Assembly: GCA_950072105.1 (NCBI GenBank)
Contig: CATMOE010000052.1
Span: forward strand, 1 to 26,002
Reading direction: 5' to 3'
Source: an uncultured Dehalococcoidia bacterium
GTDB lineage: Bacteria > Chloroflexota > Dehalococcoidia > Lucifugimonadales > UBA3495
Length of the DNA: 26,002 nt
Below the pieces are notes generated by a model, which did not search any database, was not told where the DNA came from, and saw nothing but the letters and a program-made list of their open reading frames with translations. Below are positions 16,601 to 25,878 of the stretch, one piece after another. How positions within the stretch are numbered: position 1 is the stretch's first letter; every line of letters begins with the position of its first letter. The translations under genes were made by a program, and so were the position numbers.

Positions 16601-17074
16601 TTAAGAACCGTAGCGGGCAGCGGCGTTGGGGTCACTGTATTCCACGTTCTTGGTGGCCCAAAAGGCCGTGGCAACGGCGTCTACCGCAGCTACGAGTTCT
16701 TCGCAGGCGGCCATGTCCACGTTCTGCTTGCAGCGTCCGGCCAGCTTTAACGCGGCGTTAAAGCTACCGTGCAGGTCGAAGCCTGCCGGCATGTTTGGCC
16801 AGGCGTAGTCGGCCCATAGGATGCTCAGTTCTTTCTTGCATATCTCCGCGTGCTCTTCTTTGACGGTAACGTACCGGGCAATCTTGTTGACATAGTCTTG
16901 GCGGGCCGCGGCTTCCCCACTGGGGCCGGGGGATTCAAGGGCCTGGATCCGCAATACCATTTTTTGTACCGTCTGCGCAGCTATCTTCGCGGATATCGGG
17001 TCATATATCCCACAAGGGATATCACAATGGGCTTGAGCCCTCGGAACCCTCAACCATGTTAGCGGGTTAAACAT
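16601..17074 (-). CDS. sodN: Nickel superoxide dismutase precursor
   Basis: Ni-hook [11 protein letters not shown] after a 15-aa leader ending AQA; KEEHAE..K.EL..LW.DY; FWATK. Confidence 0.96.
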   Translation of the reverse strand: MFNPLTWLRVPRAQAHCDIPCGIYDPISAKIAAQTVQKMVLRIQALESPGPSGEAAARQDYVNKIARYVTVKEEHAEICKKELSILWADYAWPNMPAGFDLHGSFNAALKLAGRCKQNVDMAACEELVAAVDAVATAFWATKNVEYSDPNAAARYGS

Positions 17075-17214
17075 AGCGTCCTACCTCATGCTGGATTTGG
17101 AATCAGGCCAAAGAGTACAAGAAAAAGGAGTGCTCCGCAACCCCCGGCGCACTTAGCCGGAGCCCACCGGCGACCGGCATTAGCCAAACGCTCTAAGCAT
17201 CGTTTTAATGAACC

Positions 17215-17244
17215 TTGTGCCGCATCAGTATCGCCGATTATAAT
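17215..17244 (+). promoter_or_regulatory. Sigma70-type promoter for ilvD, embedded in a dyad
   Basis: TTGTGC (17215-17220)-N18-TATAAT (17239-17244). Confidence 0.55.
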
Positions 17245-17302
17245 AATATCTTCCGATGCGGGGATGTCCCCCGCGTGGGTTCGGAAAGTCAGGAGGCCTC
17301 CG

Positions 17303-18988
17303 ATGGCAACCACCAGCCAATTAAGACTCAAGCACCGCAGCAGAGAGATAACCGAGGGCCCAGACCGGGCCCCGGCCCGGGCCATGCTCAGGGCCATGGG
17401 CTTGACCTCGGCCGACATGGACAAACCCTTCGTGGCCGTCGCTAACCTGGCCAGCGACGTCACGCCGTGCAACGTTCATCTGGACAAGTTGGCCGACGCC
17501 GCCAAGGAAGGGATCCGCCAAGCCGACGGAGTGCCCTTCAAGTTCGGGACTATCACCATCAGCGACGGCATCTCCATGGGGACGGAGGGCATGAAAGCCT
17601 CCCTAGTCAGCCGGGAAGTCATCGCGGACTCCATCGAGGTCGTTACTTTCGGAGAGCGGATGGACGCCCTCATCACCGTCGCCGGCTGCGACAAAAACAT
17701 GCCCGGCTGCATGATGGCCATCGCCCGTCTTAACGTCCCTTCGATCTTTGTCTATGGCGGCACCATCATGGCCGGCAACTACCTGGGCGAGGACGTAAAC
17801 ATCCAAGATGTCTTCGAGGCCGTGGGCGCTTACGCCAGTGGCGACATGACTCTGGATCAACTCCACGATTTGGAATGCGTCGCTTGCCCCGGCGAGGGCT
17901 CCTGCGCCGGTTTGTTTACCGCCAACACCATGTCCACCGCCATCGAGGTCATGGGCATGTCTCTACCCGGTGACGCTTCCATCCCGGCCACCGACCCCCG
18001 TAAAAAAGCTGAAACCCACTTGGCCGGGCAAACCTTGATGCGGCTCTTGGAAGAAGACCTCCGGCCAAGAGACATACTCACCCGCCAAGCATTCGAGAAT
18101 GCCATCACTGTAGTGGTGTCCATGGGTGGTTCGACCAACTCGGTACTGCACTTGATGGCCATCGCCCACGAGGCTCAAGTTGACCTAAGCTTGCAAGACT
18201 TCGACCGTATCAGCCGCAGCACTCCCTATATCGCCGACATGCGCCCGGCGGGCCGGTTCGTAATGGCCGACCTAGACGGTTACGGCGGAGTGTCGTTGGT
18301 TATGAAACGGCTGCTCAAAGCCGGTCTGCTGCATGGCGACGCGATGACCGTAACCAGCAAGACGCTTCAACAAAACATCGAGGGCATCGAGACCATAGAA
18401 GACCAAGAAGTGGTGGTGCCCATCGACCAACCTCGCAGCCCCACCGGGGGTCTGGTCATTCTCTACGGCAACCTTGCTCCGGAAGGGGCGGTCATCAAGG
18501 TGGCCGGGCAACAGGAAAGAGTCTATCAAGGGCCCGCTCGGGTCTTCGACCAAGAACACGCCGCTTTCCAAGCCATCCAGCGGCGGGAGATCAAGCCGGG
18601 AGATATAGTGGTTATCCGCTACGAAGGTCCCAAAGGCGGCCCTGGGATGCAGGAGATGTTGGGGGTTACCGGCGCTTTGATCGGGCAGGGTTTAGGAGAC
18701 GAGGTGGCTCTTGTTACCGACGGACGGTTTTCCGGCGCCTCCCACGGTCCCATGGTCGGTCACGTTACGCCCGAGGCAGCCGTCGGCGGCCCCATCGGCT
18801 TGCTGCAGGAAGGGGACATCATAACTCTGGACATCCCGGCGCGGAGCCTGAATGTAAAGCTAACCGAAGAGGAGTTCACCGACCGGCGGGCAAAGTTCCA
18901 GCCAATCCCGCCAAACTACACGTCTGGTGTTCTTGCCAAATACGCTAAACTGGTTTCGTCCGCCTCCGAAGGCGCGGTTACTGGCTAG
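17303..18988 (+). CDS. ilvD: Dihydroxy-acid dehydratase
   Basis: [68 protein letters not shown] at 17291-17296 supports ATG 17303. Confidence 0.97.
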   Translation: MATTSQLRLKHRSREITEGPDRAPARAMLRAMGLTSADMDKPFVAVANLASDVTPCNVHLDKLADAAKEGIRQADGVPFKFGTITISDGISMGTEGMKASLVSREVIADSIEVVTFGERMDALITVAGCDKNMPGCMMAIARLNVPSIFVYGGTIMAGNYLGEDVNIQDVFEAVGAYASGDMTLDQLHDLECVACPGEGSCAGLFTANTMSTAIEVMGMSLPGDASIPATDPRKKAETHLAGQTLMRLLEEDLRPRDILTRQAFENAITVVVSMGGSTNSVLHLMAIAHEAQVDLSLQDFDRISRSTPYIADMRPAGRFVMADLDGYGGVSLVMKRLLKAGLLHGDAMTVTSKTLQQNIEGIETIEDQEVVVPIDQPRSPTGGLVILYGNLAPEGAVIKVAGQQERVYQGPARVFDQEHAAFQAIQRREIKPGDIVVIRYEGPKGGPGMQEMLGVTGALIGQGLGDEVALVTDGRFSGASHGPMVGHVTPEAAVGGPIGLLQEGDIITLDIPARSLNVKLTEEEFTDRRAKFQPIPPNYTSGVLAKYAKLVSSASEGAVTG

Positions 18989-19082
18989 TCTCAAACAAGC
19001 TCAAAGGGTTCAAGCTCGTATTCGGCGAAAATCACGAAACTCTGGGTACCTGTAAATTCTCAGCCGGGCAAAGTGGAGAAAT

Positions 19083-20240
19083 ATGGACTACGATTCTGAA
19101 GCAATCAGGCGCCACCGGGAAACCCGGGGCAAGGTCAGTATAGCCCCAAAGATGTCGGTGAAAACGATGGAGGACCTATCCATCGCCTACACACCCGGCG
19201 TCGCTGCGGTGAGCATGGCTATCGCCAATGACAAGTCGGAATCCTTCAACCTGACCAACCGCGCAAACATGGTGGCGGTGGTCAGCGATGGCTCAGCCGT
19301 CCTAGGCCTGGGCAACGTGGGGCCCGAGGCGGCGATGCCGGTGATGGAAGGTAAATCCATCCTATTTAAAGGCCTCGCCGACATCGACGCATTCCCCATT
19401 TGTTTGGGCACCCAGGACTCCGCGTCAATCATCCAAACCGTGCGAAACCTTGCTCCCACATTTGGGGGCATCAACCTGGAAGACATTTCCGCTCCCCGCT
19501 GCTTCGAGATCGAAGACAGCCTGCAAGACCTGGGCATTCCGGTGTTCCACGACGATCAGCACGGCACCTCGATCGCGGTGCTGGCCGCATTGATCAACGC
19601 CATAGAGCTGACTGGGAAAAAATTTGAAGACGCCAAGTTCGTATTCTGCGGCGCCGGCGCAGGTGGTATCGCCAGCACCAAGCTCTTGTTGGACCACGGC
19701 GCGAAAAACGTTACGCTGGTTGACAGCACCGGGATCATCCACCGTGGCCGAACCGACCTGACCCCTGTTAAGTTGTCCATGCTGGCCATGACCAATCCGG
19801 ACGACACCCAGGGTGGCCTTGCCGAAGCTATGCAAGGCGCCGATGTGTTCGTCGGGCTTGCGGTTGCCGGGGCGTTAACACCCCAGATGGTGAGTTCAAT
19901 GGCCAAAGACGCCATCGTCTTCGCCATGGCCAATCCGATTCCCGAGATAATGCCCGACTTAGCCAGCGCCGCCGGAGCCGCGGTCGTGGGCACAGGGCGG
20001 AGCGACTTTCCCAACCAGATCAACAATAGCTTGGTGTTCCCCGGCGTGTTCCGGGGCGCTCTGGATATCAAAGCTACCCGGATAACCACTGGAATGAAGC
20101 TGGCCGCCGCCAAGGCGTTGGCAGCCCTAATAACCGAACCCACGACCGAGCGTGTAATACCCTGGTCACTCGACCCCACCGTAAGCCCGGCGGTAGCCCA
20201 GGCCACGGCTTCGGCTTGGACGGCAGAAAATACGGGATAA
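19083..20240 (+). CDS. NAD(P)-dependent malic enzyme (short, non-PTA-fused type)
   Basis: AYTPGVA, DGSAVLGLGN, VMEGK, GGINLEDI, FHDDQHGT, GAGAGG, AMANP.PEI, TGRSDFPNQINN. Confidence 0.96.
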   Translation: MDYDSEAIRRHRETRGKVSIAPKMSVKTMEDLSIAYTPGVAAVSMAIANDKSESFNLTNRANMVAVVSDGSAVLGLGNVGPEAAMPVMEGKSILFKGLADIDAFPICLGTQDSASIIQTVRNLAPTFGGINLEDISAPRCFEIEDSLQDLGIPVFHDDQHGTSIAVLAALINAIELTGKKFEDAKFVFCGAGAGGIASTKLLLDHGAKNVTLVDSTGIIHRGRTDLTPVKLSMLAMTNPDDTQGGLAEAMQGADVFVGLAVAGALTPQMVSSMAKDAIVFAMANPIPEIMPDLASAAGAAVVGTGRSDFPNQINNSLVFPGVFRGALDIKATRITTGMKLAAAKALAALITEPTTERVIPWSLDPTVSPAVAQATASAWTAENTG

Positions 20241-20269
20241 CGTATCCCCCCGGTTCACAAGGCTATAAG

Positions 20270-20306
20270 AATAAAGCAGCCCCCGTTACATGGGGGCTAC
20301 TTTATT
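20270..20306 (+). terminator. Intrinsic terminator after malic enzyme (possibly bidirectional)
   Basis: AATAAAGCAGCCCCC-GTTACAT-GGGGGCTACTTTATT hairpin with A/T-rich flanks. Confidence 0.75.
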
Positions 20307-20369
20307 ATCTAGCCGGATCAGAATTGAATGGCGAGGCTCGCGTCATTTTCTTGAATCCTCTTGAGAAAT

Positions 20370-20400
20370 TTGTCATACTTTAGTATGAAGTTGGTATGAT
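20370..20400 (+). promoter_or_regulatory. TA operon promoter with overlapping palindromic operator
   Basis: TTGTCA at 20370, extended -10 TG-G-TATGAT (20392-20400), inverted repeat TCATACT-TT-AGTATGA (20373-20388) and an extra GTATGA half-site (20394-20399). Confidence 0.7.
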
Positions 20401-20414
20401 AATAAGGTGGCATC

Positions 20415-20690
20415 ATGGCCAAAATAGCGATCAGTCTACCAGAGGAAACTCTACAAGCGGTTGAGAAAGAGCGGCTGGCCGCCGGGCTGAACCGCAGCGA
20501 GTTTTTCCGGAGGGCGGTGGAGGAACATCTGCGCCGGGTAAAAGAACGGGAAGACGTTGAGCAGTACATCCAAGGCTATCTAAAATACCCGGAAACGAAG
20601 GAAGAGATTGCCCTTGCGGGGGCTACCCAACATTACGCCTTCGACGATGACGATTGGGAAGAAGATTGGAAAAAAGCATCTAAGAAATGA
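20415..20690 (+). CDS. Ribbon-helix-helix antitoxin (CopG/MazE-like)
   Basis: RHH pattern KIAISLP...NRSEFFRRAV, acidic C-terminus, ATGA overlap with the toxin. Confidence 0.88.
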   Translation: MAKIAISLPEETLQAVEKERLAAGLNRSEFFRRAVEEHLRRVKEREDVEQYIQGYLKYPETKEEIALAGATQHYAFDDDDWEEDWKKASKK

Positions 20691-21004
20691 AGCGAGGCGA
20701 GATATGGTGGGCTGACCTACCTCCTCCCACTGGTCACCGGCCGGTAGTCTTAATCTCTAGAGACGAAGCCTATATCTATCGAGATTTTGTTACCGTTGCC
20801 CCTGTGTCGAGGCGAGTCAGAGCCATACGGGCGGAGGTGCCCTTGGGACCGGAAGATGGCTTACCCAGAAATTGTGCGGTGAACCTCGACAGCATGACCA
20901 CGGTCCCCAAAACCTCGCTTCAGCGTTATATCGCCGATTTGGGCATCGAGAAGCTTCGGGCCGTGGACTCCGCCATATATTTTGCCCTAGGGTTGGAGGG
21001 TTAA
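20687..21004 (+). CDS. mazF: MazF/PemK-family endoribonuclease toxin
   Basis: MKRGEIWWADL...RPVVLIS, VTVAPVS, EDGLPRNCAVNLD, A..FALG. Confidence 0.92.
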   Translation: MKRGEIWWADLPPPTGHRPVVLISRDEAYIYRDFVTVAPVSRRVRAIRAEVPLGPEDGLPRNCAVNLDSMTTVPKTSLQRYIADLGIEKLRAVDSAIYFALGLEG

Positions 21005-21013
21005 AGACAGGCG

Positions 21014-21502
21014 ATGGCAAAGCGTTCAGGCATTCTCATCGGCACCGCCGGTGTTTATCACGTGGCCTCCCAATTGGCGCAGCAGGGGTTTCATGCGGCA
21101 GTGACTTTCGGCAATGCACCTTCCGTAGACATTCTAGTAGCGTCTCCAAATGGCTCATCGACCATTTCCCTTCAAGTAAAGACTTCTCACTGGGCATTGA
21201 GGACAAGAGGACGGGGTAGCAAGAAGCAGCCTCATCATTACGAGTGGGACGTTGGTCAAAAGTCAGCTTACCTGAATCAGACAGACTTGTTTTTTGCCTT
21301 TGTTGACTTGAAGTTGGGTAAATGCGAATTACCTGAAGTATTCATCGTTCCTTCACAACGAGTCTTTGATGCCTTTGACAAACCGTATTTCAAGTCTGGG
21401 ACATCGAGGCGCTGGCGCTGGCACCCTGGATTAAAAGAGATAGAAGAATACAAAACTGCTTGGGCCACCTTGCATAATCGCTTGAATAAAACTGACAACT
21501 GA
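21014..21502 (+). CDS. Putative PD-(D/E)XK-superfamily nuclease
   Basis: Helix GTAGVYHVASQLAQQGF, then VDILV...SLQVKTS (D...QxK), then FFAFVDL and FIVPS. Starts 9 nt after mazF and is AT-richer than the flanking genes. Confidence 0.65.
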   Translation: MAKRSGILIGTAGVYHVASQLAQQGFHAAVTFGNAPSVDILVASPNGSSTISLQVKTSHWALRTRGRGSKKQPHHYEWDVGQKSAYLNQTDLFFAFVDLKLGKCELPEVFIVPSQRVFDAFDKPYFKSGTSRRWRWHPGLKEIEEYKTAWATLHNRLNKTDN

Positions 21503-21521
21503 TAGCTATCAAGGACCCACC

Positions 21522-23090
21522 ATGCCCCGACCCGTAACCGTAGACATCTTGGACCGAATGCGTCCCAACCTGGCATCGCTGGTCATGGAGCGGGCCAAAC
21601 GGTTGCCGGGAATGGTCTACTGCGATCTGCGCCTCCAAGTGAAAGAAGAGAAGAGCGCCGTGGCGGAGAACGGCTATGCCAAGGCCAGCGGCGAGGATTA
21701 TGTGTTCGATTTCGGCGTCCGGGTGATCGCCGGAGCCAGGCTCAGCGCTCCCGGCTACTACGGGAGAATCTTGGGGGCAGCCGACACGGCGAACATCGAG
21801 GAAGTGGTCTGGGACGGAATCCGCCAGGCCCATCAGCGGGCCAGGACCAACGCCCGCCTCAAGTCCCAGGCCAAGGGACGATTTAGCAGTTTGGGCGGCA
21901 GTCTCGGGGGAACGGACCTAGCTCCGGTCGCCGTTGTTCAGGACTCGGCTCCGGCCACTTACACCGTAGACCCTCGCGGCGTTCCCTTATCTGAGACGGT
22001 CAGGATGGCGGTGGATGGGTGCAAAGCGGCCCAAGGTCAGAGTGGCAACATCGCTTACGCCGCCGCTTCAACCAGCACTTTCCTACTCCGGGAGTTATTT
22101 CTCAGCTCCGACGGGGCGGACATAGACCAGAGTTTCGCCCAGACCGAGGGATTCGCTATCGTCATCTGCCGGAGCGAGCACGGCAATTTCGAGCATTACG
22201 ATTGCACCGGGCACCAGCGGGGTTGGGAGGTCCTTGCCGACGGGTATGACAACGGTCCCATCGTGCTACCCAATTTCATCGACTTCTGCTCCAACTTAGG
22301 CGCCGATGCCGCCGAAGTGGCCGCCGCGCCTCCGTTGAAGCCTCCCGGTCACGACGTTGTGGTAGTCACCAACCCCCACTTCAACACCCTGCTGGTGCAC
22401 GAGGTGGTTGGTCATCCGTCGGAACTGGACCGCGCCCTGAAGTACGAAACGGCCTACGCCGGCCGCTCTTGGTTCCTGAAGAACCTAGAAGAGAACCAAC
22501 TAGGCCGGCAGATCGCGTCGCCATTGGTCACTGCCTACTCCGACCCCCTCATGGAGGGTTACGGCTCCTTCCGCTACGACCATGAAGGCACTCCACCCAA
22601 GCGGGCCTACATCATCCGCGACGGCGTGCTTGAAGAGTTCCTCAACAACCGCCAGACCGCCGCCATCATGGGCGTGGCGCCCAACGGTTCCTCCAGAGCC
22701 ACTGAAGCTTCCCTTATACCCTTGATCCGAATGACCAACACCGTGTTCGCTCCCGGACAGCAAGACCCCCAAGACATCATCTCTGAAGTAGACTCCGGCT
22801 ACTATGTCGCCGGGCACCGCACCCCATCCATCGCCGAATCTCGAGAAAACTTCCGGATCACCGCAGTGAAAGTTTACGAGATCAAGAACGGCCAGCTAGG
22901 GCAACTCTACCGGGACGGCGGAATCACGTCGGACTCCCGGGATTATTTCATGTCCATCGACGCGGTGGGCAACGATCTGCGGGTCAACCCCATCCCCAAT
23001 TGCGGCAAAGGTCAGCCCATGCAGGCCAAGCGCATGAGCAACGGCGGCCCCACCATGCGGGGCATCGCCCGGCTGACCGGCCCGGGATGA
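21522..23090 (+). CDS. tldD: TldD metalloprotease subunit
   Basis: HEVVGHPSE (HExxxH), YDHEG, IRMTNT, NCGKGQP, GGP. Confidence 0.93.
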   Translation: MPRPVTVDILDRMRPNLASLVMERAKRLPGMVYCDLRLQVKEEKSAVAENGYAKASGEDYVFDFGVRVIAGARLSAPGYYGRILGAADTANIEEVVWDGIRQAHQRARTNARLKSQAKGRFSSLGGSLGGTDLAPVAVVQDSAPATYTVDPRGVPLSETVRMAVDGCKAAQGQSGNIAYAAASTSTFLLRELFLSSDGADIDQSFAQTEGFAIVICRSEHGNFEHYDCTGHQRGWEVLADGYDNGPIVLPNFIDFCSNLGADAAEVAAAPPLKPPGHDVVVVTNPHFNTLLVHEVVGHPSELDRALKYETAYAGRSWFLKNLEENQLGRQIASPLVTAYSDPLMEGYGSFRYDHEGTPPKRAYIIRDGVLEEFLNNRQTAAIMGVAPNGSSRATEASLIPLIRMTNTVFAPGQQDPQDIISEVDSGYYVAGHRTPSIAESRENFRITAVKVYEIKNGQLGQLYRDGGITSDSRDYFMSIDAVGNDLRVNPIPNCGKGQPMQAKRMSNGGPTMRGIARLTGPG

Positions 23091-23111
23091 ATTCCGTCTG
23101 AAGGGGGAACC

Positions 23112-24164
23112 ATGGAATCATTGATAATCATAATCCTGGCCGTTCTTGCCCTCGTTCTCGCGGGGGCGTTGGTCGCCGCTATGCGACGGGGTTCGGCGGG
23201 CCGGGAAACATTGGACCCCCACGTTTTGGAATTGAAGTCCGAGCTAGACAAAGTAACTGATTTGGTCCGGGAACTGGAAAAGGACCGGGAAAACAAATTC
23301 GGCGAACTAACCAGTCAGCTCAAGAGCGTGGGTGAGAATACCAACGCCCTGGCCGCGACCACCGGCCAGTTGAAGGAGGCCTTGGCCAACACCCGTGTCA
23401 GAGGACAATGGGGAGAGCGTATGGCCGAGGACGTTCTCCGGCTGGTGGGGTTCGTTCAAGGCGTCAACTACAAGAAGCAAACAACTTTGGAAGGAAGCGG
23501 CTCCAGACCCGACTTCACTTTCCTGCTGCCTAAGGACCTTACGTTAAACATGGACGTAAAGTTCCCGCTGGATAACTACTTAAAGTGCGTTGAAGCCAGG
23601 GACGCGGAGGAGGAAAACCGGTATCGCCACCAGTTCATTCGAGACGTCCGAGCCCGATTGAAGGAAGTCGTAACTCGAGACTATATCGACCCTGGCCGGA
23701 AAACTCTGGACTATGTACTGGTTTTTATCCCCAACGAGCAGATCTACCAGTACATTCACGAGCATGACAGTGCGCTTATCGACGATGCCCTTGCCAGTAA
23801 GGTAGTGTTGTGCTCGCCTGTCTCGCTCTTCGCTATCCTGGTAGTAATCCGTCAGGCCGTAGATAACTTCAGCGTTGAACAAAGCTCCAACGAAATAATA
23901 TCGGAGTTGGGAAAGTTCGAGGACCAATGGGACCGGTTCATAAAGCAAATGGATACGCTGGGGAAACGCATCGATGATGCCCAAAAGGACTTCGGAGTTC
24001 TGGTAGGGACCCGCCGCCGGGCGTTGGAACGTCCTCTCGGCCGCATCCACGGGATCAGACAACAGCGCGGCTTGGCTATATCCGAAGATACCGGACAAGA
24101 GAACTTGCCGGAGCTTAACGAGGCTTTTGTCGAGTCAACAGAGTCCTTCAGCGATGACCAATAG
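23112..24164 (+). CDS. rmuC: DNA recombination protein RmuC
   Basis: N-terminal TM and coiled coil, RGQWGE, RPD...LP...DVKFP, DYVLVFIPNE, V.LCSP.SL. Confidence 0.93.
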   Translation: MESLIIIILAVLALVLAGALVAAMRRGSAGRETLDPHVLELKSELDKVTDLVRELEKDRENKFGELTSQLKSVGENTNALAATTGQLKEALANTRVRGQWGERMAEDVLRLVGFVQGVNYKKQTTLEGSGSRPDFTFLLPKDLTLNMDVKFPLDNYLKCVEARDAEEENRYRHQFIRDVRARLKEVVTRDYIDPGRKTLDYVLVFIPNEQIYQYIHEHDSALIDDALASKVVLCSPVSLFAILVVIRQAVDNFSVEQSSNEIISELGKFEDQWDRFIKQMDTLGKRIDDAQKDFGVLVGTRRRALERPLGRIHGIRQQRGLAISEDTGQENLPELNEAFVESTESFSDDQ

Positions 24165-24205
24165 GCCCAGCATAGCCAATCAGCCTGAAAAAGAGAAGCA
24201 GCCGA

Positions 24206-25768
24206 TTGATACCGCTAGCTAAATTACGCGCCGCTGCCCGGGACGCCCTGGCTTACGCATCGGCCCAGCCCGGCGTGGCCGAAGCCGAAGTCTTTGCCTC
24301 GGCCAACGGCAACTTGACAGTTCGCCTCAATTACACCTCACACATACCCAGCAACGGCGTGGAAGAGCCCAAGTCGTTGGAATCTCATGGCCTGGGACTA
24401 CGGGTAGCTTTTAATAGCCCGGAGGGCTTGAAGATTGGCTTCGGCAGCGAACCCACGGACCTGTCCCTGGAGGGCGTAAGGAGAGCCTTGGAAAAAGCTC
24501 GTCTGGGGGCTGTTTTAGACCCTGACTTCGTGTCGTTGCCCAAAGGCCCATCCGGCTCTCATTCGGTAAACAGGGGAAAAGGGCATTCCGACCCTGCCAT
24601 CATGCGCATGGGCGCCACCGGTATGGTTCGGACCGGCTGGAGCATGATGAACCGGGCTCTGGACGTTTTCCAGTCGTCGGAAGACCTGTTGAACCTGGTG
24701 GGCTCACCTGAAAGACTTACCGGCCTGGGATTGATATTAGGCGGAGACTTGGTACTACTTCAGGAACGCATGGCCATCGTATCCACACACATGCCACGGG
24801 TTCAATCCGACGAATCCACCCTGGTCATGTCATTCGCCACCGCCATGGTGGAGGAGCGAGCGGCCAAAGGCAGCGGATGGTCGGTGGGGAACCACCTTTC
24901 CGGATTCGACGGAGACTCGGCGGCTGAGGCAGCCCGCAACGCCATCCGCTCCATGGACGGTGTTCGAATCCCAGGAGGCGCTTACTCCGTGATCCTGGGA
25001 CCCCAACCGCTGACGGAGATCCTGGAATGGGTGCTTATGCCAGGCCTGCAATTGGACATGTTCTACGCCGGGGCCACTCCTTTCTCGGGAAAGATGGGCC
25101 GGCAGGTCGCTTCCCCCGAGCTCTACCTCTACGACGACGGCGCCGATCCGGGCCGGGCTGCTTCTAAAGCGATCACCGACGAAGGACAGCCCACCGGGCG
25201 GACCGACCTCATCCGGGACGGAGTTCTGTCCGGTTTGTTGTCCAACCATTACAACTATCAGCGTATGCTTCGTGACCCGCATGGCCGCGATAAGCTTGGG
25301 GTCGATCCTAGCCAGGCACTCCAGGCCATCGCTCCCCGCAACGGTTTTCGCCCCGGCGTCGGCGGCGGCCGGGACTTTTCCTCGCCTCCGTCCATCGCTT
25401 CCACCAATCTGGTAGTTGAAGGAAAAAGTGGCCTCTCCCATGAAGAACTGCTGCGCCAGGTGAAGGACGGGGTCTACATCGGCCGCATCTGGTATACCTA
25501 TCCGGTGAACGGTATCAACGCGGGAGACTTCAGCGGTACCGTGGTAGGAGACTCCTACGTCATAAGGGATGGAAAGCTAGCCGAGCCCATCCGCCCCAAC
25601 ACCCTCCGCATGAACGACAACATCCTGCGAGTTATCAACAGCATACTTGGCATCGGCGGAACACCGCGGGCCACTGTGCGCTGGTCTTCGGGCCAGGTAA
25701 CTTGGGCCCCGGAATTGGCCGTATCGGGCTTCCATCTGGAAGAGATTGGTGAGCACCTGGAAAGCTAA
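24206..25768 (+). CDS. tldE: TldE/PmbA subunit
   Basis: AEVF, GLRV, YSVILGP, TDEG.PT...LIRDGVL, TNLVV, GDFSG, YVIRDGKL.EPI. No HExxH motif. TTG start is uncertain. Confidence 0.88.
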   Translation: MIPLAKLRAAARDALAYASAQPGVAEAEVFASANGNLTVRLNYTSHIPSNGVEEPKSLESHGLGLRVAFNSPEGLKIGFGSEPTDLSLEGVRRALEKARLGAVLDPDFVSLPKGPSGSHSVNRGKGHSDPAIMRMGATGMVRTGWSMMNRALDVFQSSEDLLNLVGSPERLTGLGLILGGDLVLLQERMAIVSTHMPRVQSDESTLVMSFATAMVEERAAKGSGWSVGNHLSGFDGDSAAEAARNAIRSMDGVRIPGGAYSVILGPQPLTEILEWVLMPGLQLDMFYAGATPFSGKMGRQVASPELYLYDDGADPGRAASKAITDEGQPTGRTDLIRDGVLSGLLSNHYNYQRMLRDPHGRDKLGVDPSQALQAIAPRNGFRPGVGGGRDFSSPPSIASTNLVVEGKSGLSHEELLRQVKDGVYIGRIWYTYPVNGINAGDFSGTVVGDSYVIRDGKLAEPIRPNTLRMNDNILRVINSILGIGGTPRATVRWSSGQVTWAPELAVSGFHLEEIGEHLES

Positions 25769-25800
25769 TATTAGGCGTTTCTTCTGCAACAGTGACACAT

Positions 25801-25850
25801 AGAGCGCAGAGATAAAAAACGGGGTTTTCTCCGTTTTCTCTGCGTCTCTG
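25801..25850. repeat. Imperfect inverted repeat / REP-like hairpin
   Basis: AGAGCGCAGAGA...TCTCTGCGTCTCT encloses AAAACGGGG-TTTT-CTCCGTTTT, between tldE and the next gene. Confidence 0.5.
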
Positions 25851-25878
25851 TAGCTGATTCAACTTAAAGGAGCTAGGC

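Noticed and set aside
17086..17472. 128-aa minus-strand ORF upstream of sodN as a possible sodX
   Set aside because: It overlaps ilvD in antisense and has no S26 peptidase Ser/Lys motifs.
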